DNA of 25,440 bases, taken from contig JACPCX010000124.1 of assembly GCA_016184305.1 (NCBI GenBank), positions 1 to 25,440 of the forward strand, in the 5' to 3' direction. A program made the position numbers and the translations under genes. The notes beneath the pieces are model-generated. The model did not search any database. It saw only the letters and a list, made by a program, of their open reading frames with translations, and had not been told where the DNA came from. Of this stretch, positions 1-9,002 are shown piece after piece. Within the stretch, counting starts at the first letter, position 1. Every line of letters begins with the position of its first letter. The stretch is from Candidatus Rokuibacteriota bacterium (lineage in GTDB: Bacteria > Methylomirabilota > Methylomirabilia > Rokubacteriales > CSP1-6).

Positions 1-99
1 GCTCAACGTACAGAGAGTACGCCTCGCGTGCGGCCGTCGGGCGCCGCCTCGCATCTGGACCTTTTTGAGCAGCCTGCGAGTTTTTCAGCAACCTGCTAG
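1..99 (-). repeat. Copy A (cut by window edge) of dispersed CTAG-flanked palindromic MITE-like element
   Basis: Reverse complement of 1-99 matches 15223-15321 with 3 mismatches. It begins at CTAG (96-99), whose TAG is the prcA stop codon. Confidence 0.9.
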
Positions 100-788
100 G
101 TGCCGGGCTCGAGCAGCTGGTGCAGGACCTCGGAGGGAATCCGGCGGAACCTCCGGCGCTCCTTGTTGCGGTCGAGCACCGCGACCTCGAGGTCCCGCTC
201 GGTGAGGGTCTTGTTCTGGGTCACCATGAGGGCGCGGACGCCGAGCTGGAGCGCCCCCGCCAGGTCGAGGCCCTCCTGGAAGTTCTCCTTGAGGTAGCGG
301 CGGATCTCGTCGGCCTGTCCGCCCATGGCCGCGAAGTTCTTCTCGTCCTCGATCGTCCCGTCGTAGAGGATGTGGTAGATCTCGTTCTTGGACCCGTTCG
401 GGTCCCCCACCTCCACCACGAGCACCTCCACCTCGAAGGGCTTGATGTCCTGGGTGAAGATGTTCCCGAGCCCCTGCGAGTAGGCGTTGGCCAGCGCCTT
501 GGCGCTCACGTCCCCGCGCGAGTACGAGTAGCCCTTCACGTCGGCGTGCCGGACCCCGGCCACGCGCAGGTTCTCGAACTCGTTGTACTTGCCCACGCCG
601 GCGAAGGCGATGCGGTCGTAGATCTCGGAGATCTTGTGGAGCAGCGTCGAGGGGTTCTCCGCCACCAGCAGGATCCCGTCGCGGTACTCGATGGTGACGA
701 TGGCCTTGCCGCGGGAAATGCCCTTGCGGGCATACTCCGCCTTGTCCTTCATCATCTGCTCGGGCGAGACGTAGTAGGGCAGCGGCAT
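96..788 (-). CDS. prcA: 20S proteasome alpha subunit
   Basis: MPLPYYVSPEQMMKDKAEYARKGISRGK...LHKISEIYDRIAFAGVGKYNEFENLR is typical of actinobacterial-type PrcA. ATG overlaps the prcB stop (TGATG); an alternative GTG lies at 791. Confidence 0.96.
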   Translation of the reverse strand: MPLPYYVSPEQMMKDKAEYARKGISRGKAIVTIEYRDGILLVAENPSTLLHKISEIYDRIAFAGVGKYNEFENLRVAGVRHADVKGYSYSRGDVSAKALANAYSQGLGNIFTQDIKPFEVEVLVVEVGDPNGSKNEIYHILYDGTIEDEKNFAAMGGQADEIRRYLKENFQEGLDLAGALQLGVRALMVTQNKTLTERDLEVAVLDRNKERRRFRRIPSEVLHQLLEPGT

Positions 789-1594
789 CACAGCCTGCCT
801 CGGTCGTTGAGGATCGCTTCGCAGTGGCGGCGGACGTCCTCGTCCGGCAGGTCGCTGATCCCCGAGCGGGTGATGGTCTTCACGGTGGGGAAGATGCCGC
901 GCATGAGGTCCGGCCCGCCGGTGCCGAGGTCCTCGTCGGCCGCGTCGAGCAGGGCCTCGACGGTGACCCGCACCGCCTCGTCCTTGCCCATGTCGCGCTT
1001 GAAGCGCTTCTTGAGCGAATCCCGCGCGTCCTTGCCGCCGGAGCCCTGGGCGAAGTAGTCGGTCTCCTCGTAGCGGCCGCCCGTCACGTCGTACTTGAAG
1101 AGCCGGCCCACGCCCGCCTTCTCGTCGAAGCCCGCGAAGATGGGCACCACCACGAGCCCCTGCATGGCCATGGGCAGGTTCACGCGGATCATCTGTCCGA
1201 GCCGGTTGGCCTTGCCCTCGAGGGAGAGGTTCTCGCCCTCGACCTTCTCGTAGTGCTCGAGCTCGGTCTGGAAGAGCCGGGCCATCTCCATGGCCGGCCC
1301 CGCCGCCCCCGCGATGCCGACGGCCGAGAGGTCGTCGGCCTTGAAGATCTTCTCGATGCGGCGGTGGGCCACCTGGTACCCCTCGCTGGCCTGGCGGTCG
1401 CCGGCCATCACCACGCCGTCCCGGTAGCGGACCGCGAGCACCGTGGTGCCGTGGGGCACGGGCGGCGGCCCCTGCGGATCCTGTCCGGTCCAGGTGGACG
1501 GTGGGGGGAGCAGGTGGGGCGCGCTCCGCCGCAGGACCTCGGAGAAGGAGGAGGTGGCGTAGTCGAAGAAGGCGGCCTGCCAGCGAGCCTCCAT
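788..1594 (-). CDS. prcB: 20S proteasome beta subunit (49-aa propeptide, catalytic N-terminal Thr)
   Basis: C-terminal part of ORF 788..3157: MEARW...PHG|TTVLAVRYRDGVVMAGDRQA, GSGG, DLGTGGPD. ATG at 1594 overlaps the dop stop (TGATG). Confidence 0.95.
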   Translation of the reverse strand: MEARWQAAFFDYATSSFSEVLRRSAPHLLPPPSTWTGQDPQGPPPVPHGTTVLAVRYRDGVVMAGDRQASEGYQVAHRRIEKIFKADDLSAVGIAGAAGPAMEMARLFQTELEHYEKVEGENLSLEGKANRLGQMIRVNLPMAMQGLVVVPIFAGFDEKAGVGRLFKYDVTGGRYEETDYFAQGSGGKDARDSLKKRFKRDMGKDEAVRVTVEALLDAADEDLGTGGPDLMRGIFPTVKTITRSGISDLPDEDVRRHCEAILNDRGRL

Positions 1595-3093
1595 CAGACG
1601 TCGCCGCTCGGCTTGCCCAGGTTGCGCAGCAGGTCTCCCGCGGTCGGGGAGTCGGCGAAGAGCTCGCGCACGTGCGCCTCCGTGCCGCGCAGCGGCTCGA
1701 GCATGAAGATCTTCTTGAGGGGCCCTTCCTTGAGGTCGAAGATCACCGAGTCCCAGGAGGCGGAGACCACCTCGTCGGCGTACTTCTGCAGGCACATGCC
1801 GCGGAAGTACGCCCGCGTGTCCTTCGGGGGATCGTAGATCGCCTTGGAGATCTCGTCGTCCGTCACCAGGCGCTCCACCGCGTCGGACTCCTCGAGCTTG
1901 TAGTAGAGGCCCCTGCCCGGCCGGATGTCGTGGTACTGGAGGTCGATCATGGCCACCCGCGACTCCGACCACGGCAGCCCGTGCTTGTCCCTGTAGGCCT
2001 CGATGAGGTGCCGCTTGATCACCCAGTCCAGCTCGCGGTCGAGGCTCATGGGATCCCGGGCGAGACGCGTCAGCACCGACTCCCAGCGCGCCATCACGTC
2101 CTCGACCCACGCCTCGTGAGGCCGCGTCTCCCAGTAGCGCCGCGCCCGGGTCAGGAACTCCCACTGGAGATCCACCGCGCTGAGCGCGCGGCCGTCCTTC
2201 AGCCGGAAGGTCTCCCGGCAGGCGAGGTCCCGCGACACGTTCCGATACGCGATCACCGGGGTGTCGAGCGAGAGATCGCGGTCGATGAAGTCGTCCTCGA
2301 TCATGCTGAGCACGATGGCCATGGTCCCGCACTTGAGGTAGGTGGCCGTCTCGCTCATGTTTGCGTCGCCCACGATGACGTGCAGCCGGCGGTACTTCTC
2401 GGGATCGGCGTGCGGCTCGTCCCGGGTGTTGATGATGGGACGGCTGTGCATCGTCTCGAGCCCCACCTCGGTCTCCAGGAAGTCGGCCCGCTGCGAGATC
2501 TGATAATCGCAGTGCTCGGTGCTGTTCTCGGCGCCGACCTTCCCCGCGCCGGTGAAGACCTGGCGGCTCACGAAGAACGGCATGAGGTACTGGGCGATGC
2601 GGGCGAAGGGCACCTTGCGGTCCATCAGGTAGTTCTCGTGGGTGCCGTAGGAGTTGCCCTTGGAGTCCGTGTTGTTCTTGTAGATCAGGATCCGCTGCTC
2701 GGGCGGCGAGACGGCCTCGGCGCGGGAGCGGGAGAGGTTCAGGATCCGCTCGCCGGCCTTGTCCCAGATGACGCAGTCCCGCGGGTTCGTCGTCTCGGGC
2801 GACGAGTACTCGGGGTGGGCGTGGTCCACGTAGAAGCGCGCGCCGTTGGAGAGGATCAGGTTGATGAGGCGCGACTCCTCCTTGGACGGGACCTCCTTGT
2901 CCTCGGCGTACTCGAAGCCGCGGGCGTCCCGCAGCGGGCTCTCGGCCTCGTAGTCCCAGCGGATCCGCGACGACCGGTACGTCTCGTAGGAGTTGATCAG
3001 CAGCAGCGAGGACAGGATCGGGTTGAAGTCGGGCTGGTTCTTGACGGTGATCCCGTACTCGGTCTCGATGCCCATCACCTTCGGAATCGCCAT
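1594..3093 (-). CDS. dop: Depupylase/deamidase Dop (PafA/Dop family)
   Basis: MGIETEYGI, Dop-loop RWDYEAESPLRDARGF, NGARFYVDHAHPEYS, KNNTDSKGNSYGTHENYL, NTRDEPHAD..YRRLHVIVGDAN, DLQYHD, ASWDS. Confidence 0.92.
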   Translation of the reverse strand: MAIPKVMGIETEYGITVKNQPDFNPILSSLLLINSYETYRSSRIRWDYEAESPLRDARGFEYAEDKEVPSKEESRLINLILSNGARFYVDHAHPEYSSPETTNPRDCVIWDKAGERILNLSRSRAEAVSPPEQRILIYKNNTDSKGNSYGTHENYLMDRKVPFARIAQYLMPFFVSRQVFTGAGKVGAENSTEHCDYQISQRADFLETEVGLETMHSRPIINTRDEPHADPEKYRRLHVIVGDANMSETATYLKCGTMAIVLSMIEDDFIDRDLSLDTPVIAYRNVSRDLACRETFRLKDGRALSAVDLQWEFLTRARRYWETRPHEAWVEDVMARWESVLTRLARDPMSLDRELDWVIKRHLIEAYRDKHGLPWSESRVAMIDLQYHDIRPGRGLYYKLEESDAVERLVTDDEISKAIYDPPKDTRAYFRGMCLQKYADEVVSASWDSVIFDLKEGPLKKIFMLEPLRGTEAHVRELFADSPTAGDLLRNLGKPSGDV

Positions 3094-3179
3094 GCCCCCC
3101 CCCGAGTTCGGACCGCTGCGTCTTCCATGCCGACACCTGGCTTGCCGCGGGCGGCACGGGGCAGGGGGCCGGAGAGAAA

Positions 3180-3215
3180 CGCGGCGGGGGCGGCCGTGGT
3201 CCCGCCCCCGCCGCG
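3180..3215 (-). terminator. GC-rich hairpin after arc (weak intrinsic terminator or stabiliser)
   Basis: 14-bp perfect stem CGCGGCGGGGGCGG/CCGCCCCCGCCGCG with an 8-nt loop, 4 nt after the arc stop. Followed on the minus strand by TTTCTCT. Confidence 0.55.
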
Positions 3216-3219
3216 CCGG

Positions 3220-5052
3220 TTACAGGTACTGGCCGGTGTTGATCAGCCGCTCGACCGCCCGCTGCTTGTCCTTGCTCTCGCCCATGAGCGGCTTCACGTA
3301 GACGATCCGCTCGCCCTTCTTGCCGGCGATCTTGGCCCAGTCGTCGGGGTTGGTCGTGTTGGGCAGGTCCTCGTTCTCCTTGAACTCCTCGCGGACGGCG
3401 TCGAGCATGTCCGCGAGCGTGATGCCCTTCTCGCTGGTCTGGATGTAGCGCTTCAGCGCGAGCTTCTTGGCCCGCCGCACCACGGACTCGATCATCGCCC
3501 CCGAGGAGAAGTCCTTGAAGTACAGGATCTCCTTGTCGCCGTTGGCGTAGGTGACCTCCAGGAAGCGGTTGTCCTCCTCGAGGCTGTACATCTCCTCGGC
3601 GGTGGCGGCGATCATGCGGTCCACGGTCGCCTGCAGGTCGCCCCCGTGTTGCCGGGTCTCGGATTCGTGGATCGGCAGCTCGGTGGTCATGTACCGGTTG
3701 AAGATGTCCACCGCCGCCGACTTGTCCGGGCGCTCGATCTTGATCTTCACGTCGAGCCGCCCCGGGCGCAGGATGGCCGGGTCGATGAGGTCCTGCCGGT
3801 TCGAGGCCCCGATCACGATGACGTTCCTGAGATGCTCGACGCCGTCGATCTCGGCCAGGAGCTGCGGGACGATGGTGGTCTCCACGTCGGAGGAGATGCC
3901 CGAGCCGCGGGTGCGGAAGAGCGCGTCCATCTCGTCGAAGAACACCACCACCGGCACGTCCTCGGCGGCCTTCTCGCGCGCCTTGATGAAGATCTCGCGG
4001 ATCTTCCGCTCGGTCTCGCCCACGTACTTGTTCAGCAGCTCGGGGCCCTTGATGTTGAGGAAGTAGCCCTTCACCTTCTCGCCGCGCTTCTCGGAGATGC
4101 GCTCGGCCAGGTTGTTGGCCACCGCCTTGGCGATCATGGTCTTGCCGCAGCCCGGCGGGCCGTAGAGCAACACGCCCTTGGGCGGGGCCAGGTGGTGCTC
4201 GCGGTAGTAGTCGGCGTACAGGTACGGCAGCTCCACCGCGTCCTTGATGGTCTCGATCTGGGCGCCCAGGCCGCCGATGTCCTCATAGCTGATGTCCGGG
4301 ACTTCCTCGAGCATCAGGTCCTCGACCTCGCTCTTCGGCAGCTTCTCCAGGAGGTAGCCGCTCTTGCCGTCCATCAGGATGTGATCGCCCACCTTGAGCC
4401 GCGCGGCGCGCAACGGGTCCGCGATGATGCTCACCTTGTCCTCGTCGGCGCGGAGCGTGACGACGGCGCGCGCCTCGTCGAGGACCTCCTTGAGGATGAC
4501 GACCTCGCCCTGGATCTCGTAGCCGGCCGCCTCGACGACGTTGAGGCCCTCGTTGAGGACCAGCTCCTGGCCGGGCTTGATCTCCTCGGGCTTGATGGAC
4601 GGGTGCAGGTTGACCTTCACCTTCCGCCCCTGCGAGAGGATGTTGACCGTGCCGTCCTCGTTGACGGACAGGTAGACGCCGTAGGTCGAGGGCGGCGCGC
4701 ACAGCTTGTCGACCTCCTCGCGAAGCGAGGAGATCTGCTCGCGCGCCTCGTAGAGCGCGTTGACGAGCTTCTCGTTCTGGTTGAAGGACTGCACGAGCTG
4801 GCGGTTTGCCTCGCGGAGCTTGTTCTCGAGGACCATGGTCTCCCTGGGCGCGTCCTCGGCCTTCTTGCGCAGCCGCACGGTCTCCGCCTCGAGCGAGCGC
4901 ACGTATGCCTGCAGGTCCTGCACCTGTACCTCGTACTCGGTGAGTCGCCGGCGATAATTCGAGTCCGTCATGGGAAGGAACTTGGACAACCCCTTCATCC
5001 CTTCGGACGAAGGCTCCCTGTTCGGGCTGGGCTTCTTCTCGAACTCCTTCAT
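3220..5052 (-). CDS. arc: Proteasome-associated AAA+ ATPase ARC/Mpa
   Basis: N-terminal coiled coil, PPSTYG, OB domains, Walker A GPPGCGKT, Walker B VFFDEMD, RPGRLD, C-terminal GQYL docking motif. Start is approximate (ATG 5052 or GTG 5061), downstream of the predicted promoter. Confidence 0.95.
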   Translation of the reverse strand: MKEFEKKPSPNREPSSEGMKGLSKFLPMTDSNYRRRLTEYEVQVQDLQAYVRSLEAETVRLRKKAEDAPRETMVLENKLREANRQLVQSFNQNEKLVNALYEAREQISSLREEVDKLCAPPSTYGVYLSVNEDGTVNILSQGRKVKVNLHPSIKPEEIKPGQELVLNEGLNVVEAAGYEIQGEVVILKEVLDEARAVVTLRADEDKVSIIADPLRAARLKVGDHILMDGKSGYLLEKLPKSEVEDLMLEEVPDISYEDIGGLGAQIETIKDAVELPYLYADYYREHHLAPPKGVLLYGPPGCGKTMIAKAVANNLAERISEKRGEKVKGYFLNIKGPELLNKYVGETERKIREIFIKAREKAAEDVPVVVFFDEMDALFRTRGSGISSDVETTIVPQLLAEIDGVEHLRNVIVIGASNRQDLIDPAILRPGRLDVKIKIERPDKSAAVDIFNRYMTTELPIHESETRQHGGDLQATVDRMIAATAEEMYSLEEDNRFLEVTYANGDKEILYFKDFSSGAMIESVVRRAKKLALKRYIQTSEKGITLADMLDAVREEFKENEDLPNTTNPDDWAKIAGKKGERIVYVKPLMGESKDKQRAVERLINTGQYL

Positions 5053-5139
5053 CTCCTCCACCCATTCCTTTCCGGGTGAGTCCGCGGGCGCTGCGCCAGG
5101 CGGAGCCCGTCGTGGGGACATCGCCCCACACGCGGCGTC

Positions 5140-5169
5140 AGTATAGGGGCCCGTTTCGCGGGGTGTCAA
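5140..5169 (-). promoter_or_regulatory. sigma70-type promoter of the proteasome operon
   Basis: Minus strand TTGACA (5169-5164), 18-nt spacer, TATACT (5145-5140). Confidence 0.75.
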
Positions 5170-5441
5170 GGGAATTGCCCCTGAATCACCGTTCACATCC
5201 ATCGAATTCATTTGAGTTTTCCCGATCTCTGCCCGGGGCGCTCCCCTATCGCTCTCACCCTGTCAAACGCCTCGCGGAGCGGGGGAGTTCCACTCTCAAC
5301 ACCAGGGTTCGGCTCCCCCGCTGCACTTGATAAGCAAGTTCGATGCCCGTCGCTGAGTGAATGCCGGCCCATGGGACGACTCGGAGATGGGGCAGGAGGG
5401 AGCGATGCGGTGTCGCGATCCGCAAGATCCGGCGACAGTTC

Positions 5442-5470
5442 TGGCCATGAGGTGACACCGGTCGTATAAG
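5442..5470 (+). promoter_or_regulatory. Putative promoter giving a leaderless transcript of the SBP gene
   Basis: TGGCCA, 17-nt spacer, TATAAG; the ATG at 5477 lies only 6 nt after the -10 hexamer. Confidence 0.4.
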
Positions 5471-5476
5471 AGGGAT

Positions 5477-7072
5477 ATGCCGCTACGCGCCCTGGTGTGC
5501 TGCTGCGTCCTTGCCATGTTCTTCGTGCTCGGAGGAGCGCCCGTTGCTAGCGCTCAGGGCTCGGTGCTGCGCGTGGGGCTCTCCCAGCTGCCGGCGACGC
5601 TCGATCCTGCCCTGGCCGTCGACGGGCCGGCTGCCATCGTCGCGCGCCACGTCTTCGATCGGCTTGTCCACTACCGCGAGGGATCGAGCGACGTGGAGCC
5701 GGGGCTGGCCCTCCAGTGGAGCGTGGCGCGGGACGGGCTCGCCTGGACCATCAGGTTGCGCGAGGGCGTTCCCTTCCACGACGGCACCCCCCTCACGGCC
5801 CAGCACGTGGCGGTGAGCCTCGAGCGGATGCTCTTCCCGGGCCACCCGCAAGCCCCCGAACGGAACCCGGTGGTGCCGCGGCTGCTGCGCGGGACCCCGG
5901 GCGTCATCAAGGAGATCCGCGTGCCGGATGCGCGGACCATCCAGATCCATCTCGTGCTCCCCTATGCGCCCCTCCTGACGGTGCTGGCGCATCCCGCCCT
6001 CGGCGTCGCGCGCGCGACCACGGGCCCCGATGGTGGCACGCGGTGGGTTGGCACCGGACCCTATAGCCCGGCGGAGATGGGCCCGGGTCGGATTGCCCTG
6101 GACGCCAACTCCTTCTACTGGGGCGGCGCGCCGCGAACGAGCCGGCTGGTCTTCCGCGAGTACCCGGACGTCGAGCAAGGCGAGGCCGATCTCGACGCGC
6201 GCGCGCTCGATGTGCTGATCCCCGACGTCCCCCCGTCACGGCTCGCCGGAGCGCTGTCCGTCCCCGGCTGGCGCATCGGCTACCTGGCCATGCAGACCGA
6301 GCGCGACCCGTTCAGGCGGAAGAAGGTCCGTCAAGCGGTGGCGGCCGCGCTCGATCCCCAGGCCATCGCCTCGGCCGTGGAGCCGGTGGCCGTCCCGCTC
6401 TCGTCCTTCCTGCCGCCGGGCGTCTGGGGCAGCGTGGCCGCTGGGGCGTCCCCGGGCAGGGCCAGCCCGGAGGCGGCGCGACGTCTCCTCGCGGCGGCCG
6501 GGTTCCCCCGGGGGGTCTCGTCCCAGCTGGTCGTGGCGGGGGTCGGCCCGGGGCTCGACGTGGGGCGCCTGACGGATGAGCTCTACTGGACGCTCGGGGC
6601 CGCGGGGATCGCGCTCTCGGTCCTGCCCGAGACACCCGACATCGCCCTGCGAGTGGCTCAGAGCGGCGAGCACCAGATGATCCTCGTCGAGGCCCGCGCG
6701 GAGGGCGGCGATCCGCACCTGCTCCTCTACCCGCTCTCCACGAGCGAAGGGGCCGCCAAGGGAGGCGCCGCCGTGAACCTGTCCTTCTATCGGAACCCGC
6801 GCCTCGACGATCTCCTGGCCCGCGGCAGCCAGCTCTCCTTCCGTCCCGAGCGCCAGCGCGTGTACGCGCGCGCGCAGGCGCTCCTGGCCGACGAGGTCCC
6901 CTGGATCCCGCTGTACGTGCGGCTTCACTGGGCCGTGGCGCGCCCCGAGGTCCGCAACCTGCGCCTGCACCCGAGCGGCTGGCATCGGCTGGACCGCGTG
7001 GTGATCGAGCCTTCGTCTCTCGCGCCTGCCTTGCCTCCCGCGCCTGCCCCGCCTCTCACTCCGAGGCCATGA
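5477..7072 (+). CDS. ABC transporter substrate-binding protein, family 5 (DppA/OppA-like)
   Basis: Signal peptide; LDPA, VFDRLV, PGLALQW, LREGVPFHDGTPLTA, VGTGPY, PFRRKKVRQAVAAA, VPWIPL motifs. Confidence 0.9.
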   Translation: MPLRALVCCCVLAMFFVLGGAPVASAQGSVLRVGLSQLPATLDPALAVDGPAAIVARHVFDRLVHYREGSSDVEPGLALQWSVARDGLAWTIRLREGVPFHDGTPLTAQHVAVSLERMLFPGHPQAPERNPVVPRLLRGTPGVIKEIRVPDARTIQIHLVLPYAPLLTVLAHPALGVARATTGPDGGTRWVGTGPYSPAEMGPGRIALDANSFYWGGAPRTSRLVFREYPDVEQGEADLDARALDVLIPDVPPSRLAGALSVPGWRIGYLAMQTERDPFRRKKVRQAVAAALDPQAIASAVEPVAVPLSSFLPPGVWGSVAAGASPGRASPEAARRLLAAAGFPRGVSSQLVVAGVGPGLDVGRLTDELYWTLGAAGIALSVLPETPDIALRVAQSGEHQMILVEARAEGGDPHLLLYPLSTSEGAAKGGAAVNLSFYRNPRLDDLLARGSQLSFRPERQRVYARAQALLADEVPWIPLYVRLHWAVARPEVRNLRLHPSGWHRLDRVVIEPSSLAPALPPAPAPPLTPRP

Positions 7073-7343
7073 CGGGGCGGCTGCTGGTCGCGCTCCTCAC
7101 CGTGCTCTTCCATTCAGGGTAACCTCGGCACCCTCCACCGCGAAGCGGTTTCGTTCAAGCTCCGCACTCGGACGTGGCGGCGCGTGCGGACCCGGCCCCC
7201 CCAAGGATCGTTCCCAATGCTCCCACCGATGCCGATGGCACCGCTTCCCCCGCCTGGATCCGGCCGTAGCCCTGCGTCTGGCCCTGCTGATGGCGTGGCG
7301 AAGCTGGATCGTCATCCAGGCTGCGGCGCCCCGCGAGATTCCC

Positions 7344-7373
7344 TTGGAGGTCGCACGCCCGTCCTGCTACAGT
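7344..7373 (+). promoter_or_regulatory. Putative extended -10 promoter upstream of the SH3/LysM genes
   Basis: TTGGAG, 18-nt spacer, TACAGT preceded by TG (TGcTACAGT). Confidence 0.35.
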
Positions 7374-7595
7374 CGGGCCGTGCCACGCCTTGTGAACCCG
7401 TCGGCGTTTCGCCTCCTCGGACGCGGCGTCTTCTGACGCGTTCTCCCTAGCTCCCCCGGGCCGGCGCCGTGCGCGCCGGCGCACCGGATCGAACAGCTCC
7501 CGGGCCCGCCGGGGGTGCCGCCCGTGTCTCAGGCCGGCTGCCTCCGGCGCCCCGGACCCGCCAAACCACCCCACGGACTCACGGGAGGTTCCAAC

Positions 7596-8084
7596 ATGCG
7601 CACGCAAACGGCCCCCCAGACGACCGACAGCCTGAGGTGGGTGGTCGCCCTGCTCGCCCTCCTGGGCGCCGCCACCCTGCCCGCCCAGGAGACCGACGCC
7701 GGTCCCCAACGCTTCGTGCGCGTCAAGGTGGACACGGCGAACCTCCGCGCCCGGCCGTCGCTGAAGGCCGAGAAGGTCCGCGACGCCTACGAGAACGAAC
7801 CCCTCCACGTGGTCGGCCGGCAGGGCCGGTGGCTGGAGGTGCGGGACATCACCGGCGAAGCCGCCTGGATCTACGCCCCGCTCACGGACGGCCGGCCGGC
7901 CGTCGTGGTCGTCCGCGATGTCGTCAACGTGCGGGAGGGTCCCGGAACCGGGCATCCGATCGCCTTCACGGCGGAGCGGAGCGTCAACCTGCTCGTGCTC
8001 GATCGCGCGGGGCGATGGCTCCACGTGCAGCACGAGGTGGGCGAGGGTTGGCTGCACGACTCGCTCGTCTGGGGCCCGCCGTGA
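7596..8084 (+). CDS. Secreted protein with two bacterial SH3 (SH3b/SH3_4-like) domains
   Basis: GGAGG RBS before ATG 7596; signal peptide; two repeats ANLRARPS...GRWLEV...AWI and VNVREGPG...GRWLHV...EGWL, ending LVWG. Confidence 0.85.
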   Translation: MRTQTAPQTTDSLRWVVALLALLGAATLPAQETDAGPQRFVRVKVDTANLRARPSLKAEKVRDAYENEPLHVVGRQGRWLEVRDITGEAAWIYAPLTDGRPAVVVVRDVVNVREGPGTGHPIAFTAERSVNLLVLDRAGRWLHVQHEVGEGWLHDSLVWGPP

Positions 8085-8092
8085 GGCCGCTG

Positions 8093-8950
8093 ATGGCCGC
8101 CCGGATCTGGAGGAGCCGGCTCCGGGCGTGGGCGGTCGGCGTAGCGGCCGCGGCCGGCTTCGCGGTCCCGGTCTCCGCGGCCGACGCGGCGGTCGGCGCC
8201 CCCGTCTGGTGCCACGTCGTGCGGCGTGGGGAGTCTCTGGCCGCCATCGCCCGGGGGGCCGACACGTCGCAGGCACGGCTCCGCCGCCTGAACGCGCTTC
8301 GCCGCGGCGCGCCGGTCCGCCCCGGGGACGTGCTCGCGCTCCCCGCCGTCGAACGCCTCCGGAGCGGGCGGCTCCAGTCGTTCGCGGCGCCCATCCCGGC
8401 GAGCCGGGGCCACCTCGTCCGCGAGAACGCCCGGGCGGATGCCGAGCGGCTCTCCCGGCTCCGGACCCGCGGGTCACTGCGTCGATTCGTCCGCGCCGGC
8501 CTGCTCGTCTCTCTGCCCGAGGAGGCGCGTGGATTCCGCGTCGTCGGCGTCCCCCGCTGGCGACGGGTGGCCCGCCCCTGGACGCGGCTCTTCATCCAGC
8601 AACTCGGCGAGGCCCTGCACGCGCTGTTCCGGAGCCGCCTCCGCGTGACGGACCTCACGCGGACCGAGGCCGTCCAAGAGGCGCTGGGGGAATGGAACGG
8701 CAACGCGGCGCCCGCACGGGGCGCCATCGCCTCGACGCACCTGACCGGCGCCACGGTCGACCTGTCCAAGGTCGAGCACTCCGACGTCGAGCTAACGTGG
8801 CTGCGCCTGGTGCTCGGTCGCCTGACCGCGCGGGGCCTCGTGAGCGCCATCGAGGAGTTCGCCCAGCCGCACTTCCACGTGATGGTCTTCCGCGCCTATG
8901 CGCGCCACGGCGTCCGACTCCGCGCCCCCGTGGCGATCGGTGGCTGCTAG
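8093..8950 (+). CDS. LysM-domain protein with DUF5715-like (M15/LAS-type Zn peptidase-like) domain
   Basis: Signal peptide; LysM HVVRRGESLAAIA...LNAL...PGDVL; DLTRT...NAA...STHLTGATVD (H-x6-D) and HFH. Alternative GTG start at 8081. Confidence 0.75.
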   Translation: MAARIWRSRLRAWAVGVAAAAGFAVPVSAADAAVGAPVWCHVVRRGESLAAIARGADTSQARLRRLNALRRGAPVRPGDVLALPAVERLRSGRLQSFAAPIPASRGHLVRENARADAERLSRLRTRGSLRRFVRAGLLVSLPEEARGFRVVGVPRWRRVARPWTRLFIQQLGEALHALFRSRLRVTDLTRTEAVQEALGEWNGNAAPARGAIASTHLTGATVDLSKVEHSDVELTWLRLVLGRLTARGLVSAIEEFAQPHFHVMVFRAYARHGVRLRAPVAIGGC

Positions 8951-9002
8951 CCGCGAGCGCGCCGGCCCTCGGTGCCGTGAGGCGCGAGCGCGTCTCGTCC
9001 AA

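Noticed and set aside
3095..3103. G9 tract (minus strand) at the dop RBS as a phase-variation switch
   Set aside because: A single 9-mer in high-GC DNA that can simply act as a G-rich RBS; no evidence of length variation is available.
788..3157. 789-aa ORF suggesting an N-terminally extended PrcB
   Set aside because: The upstream ~520 aa are an alternative frame of dop with low-complexity R/G/P content. PrcB starts at ATG 1594.
1501..5079. 1192-aa plus-strand ORF
   Set aside because: Antisense shadow of arc/dop. GC-rich codon usage suppresses stops in this frame, and it has no recognisable motifs.
5053..5211. N-terminal extension of ARC in the ORF track (663 aa)
   Set aside because: Overlaps the TTGACA/TATACT promoter, so it is unlikely to be translated.
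7391..7440. SRP RNA-like GTGAACCCGTC
   Set aside because: Lacks the conserved CAGG...GGAA...AGCAG domain IV motif.
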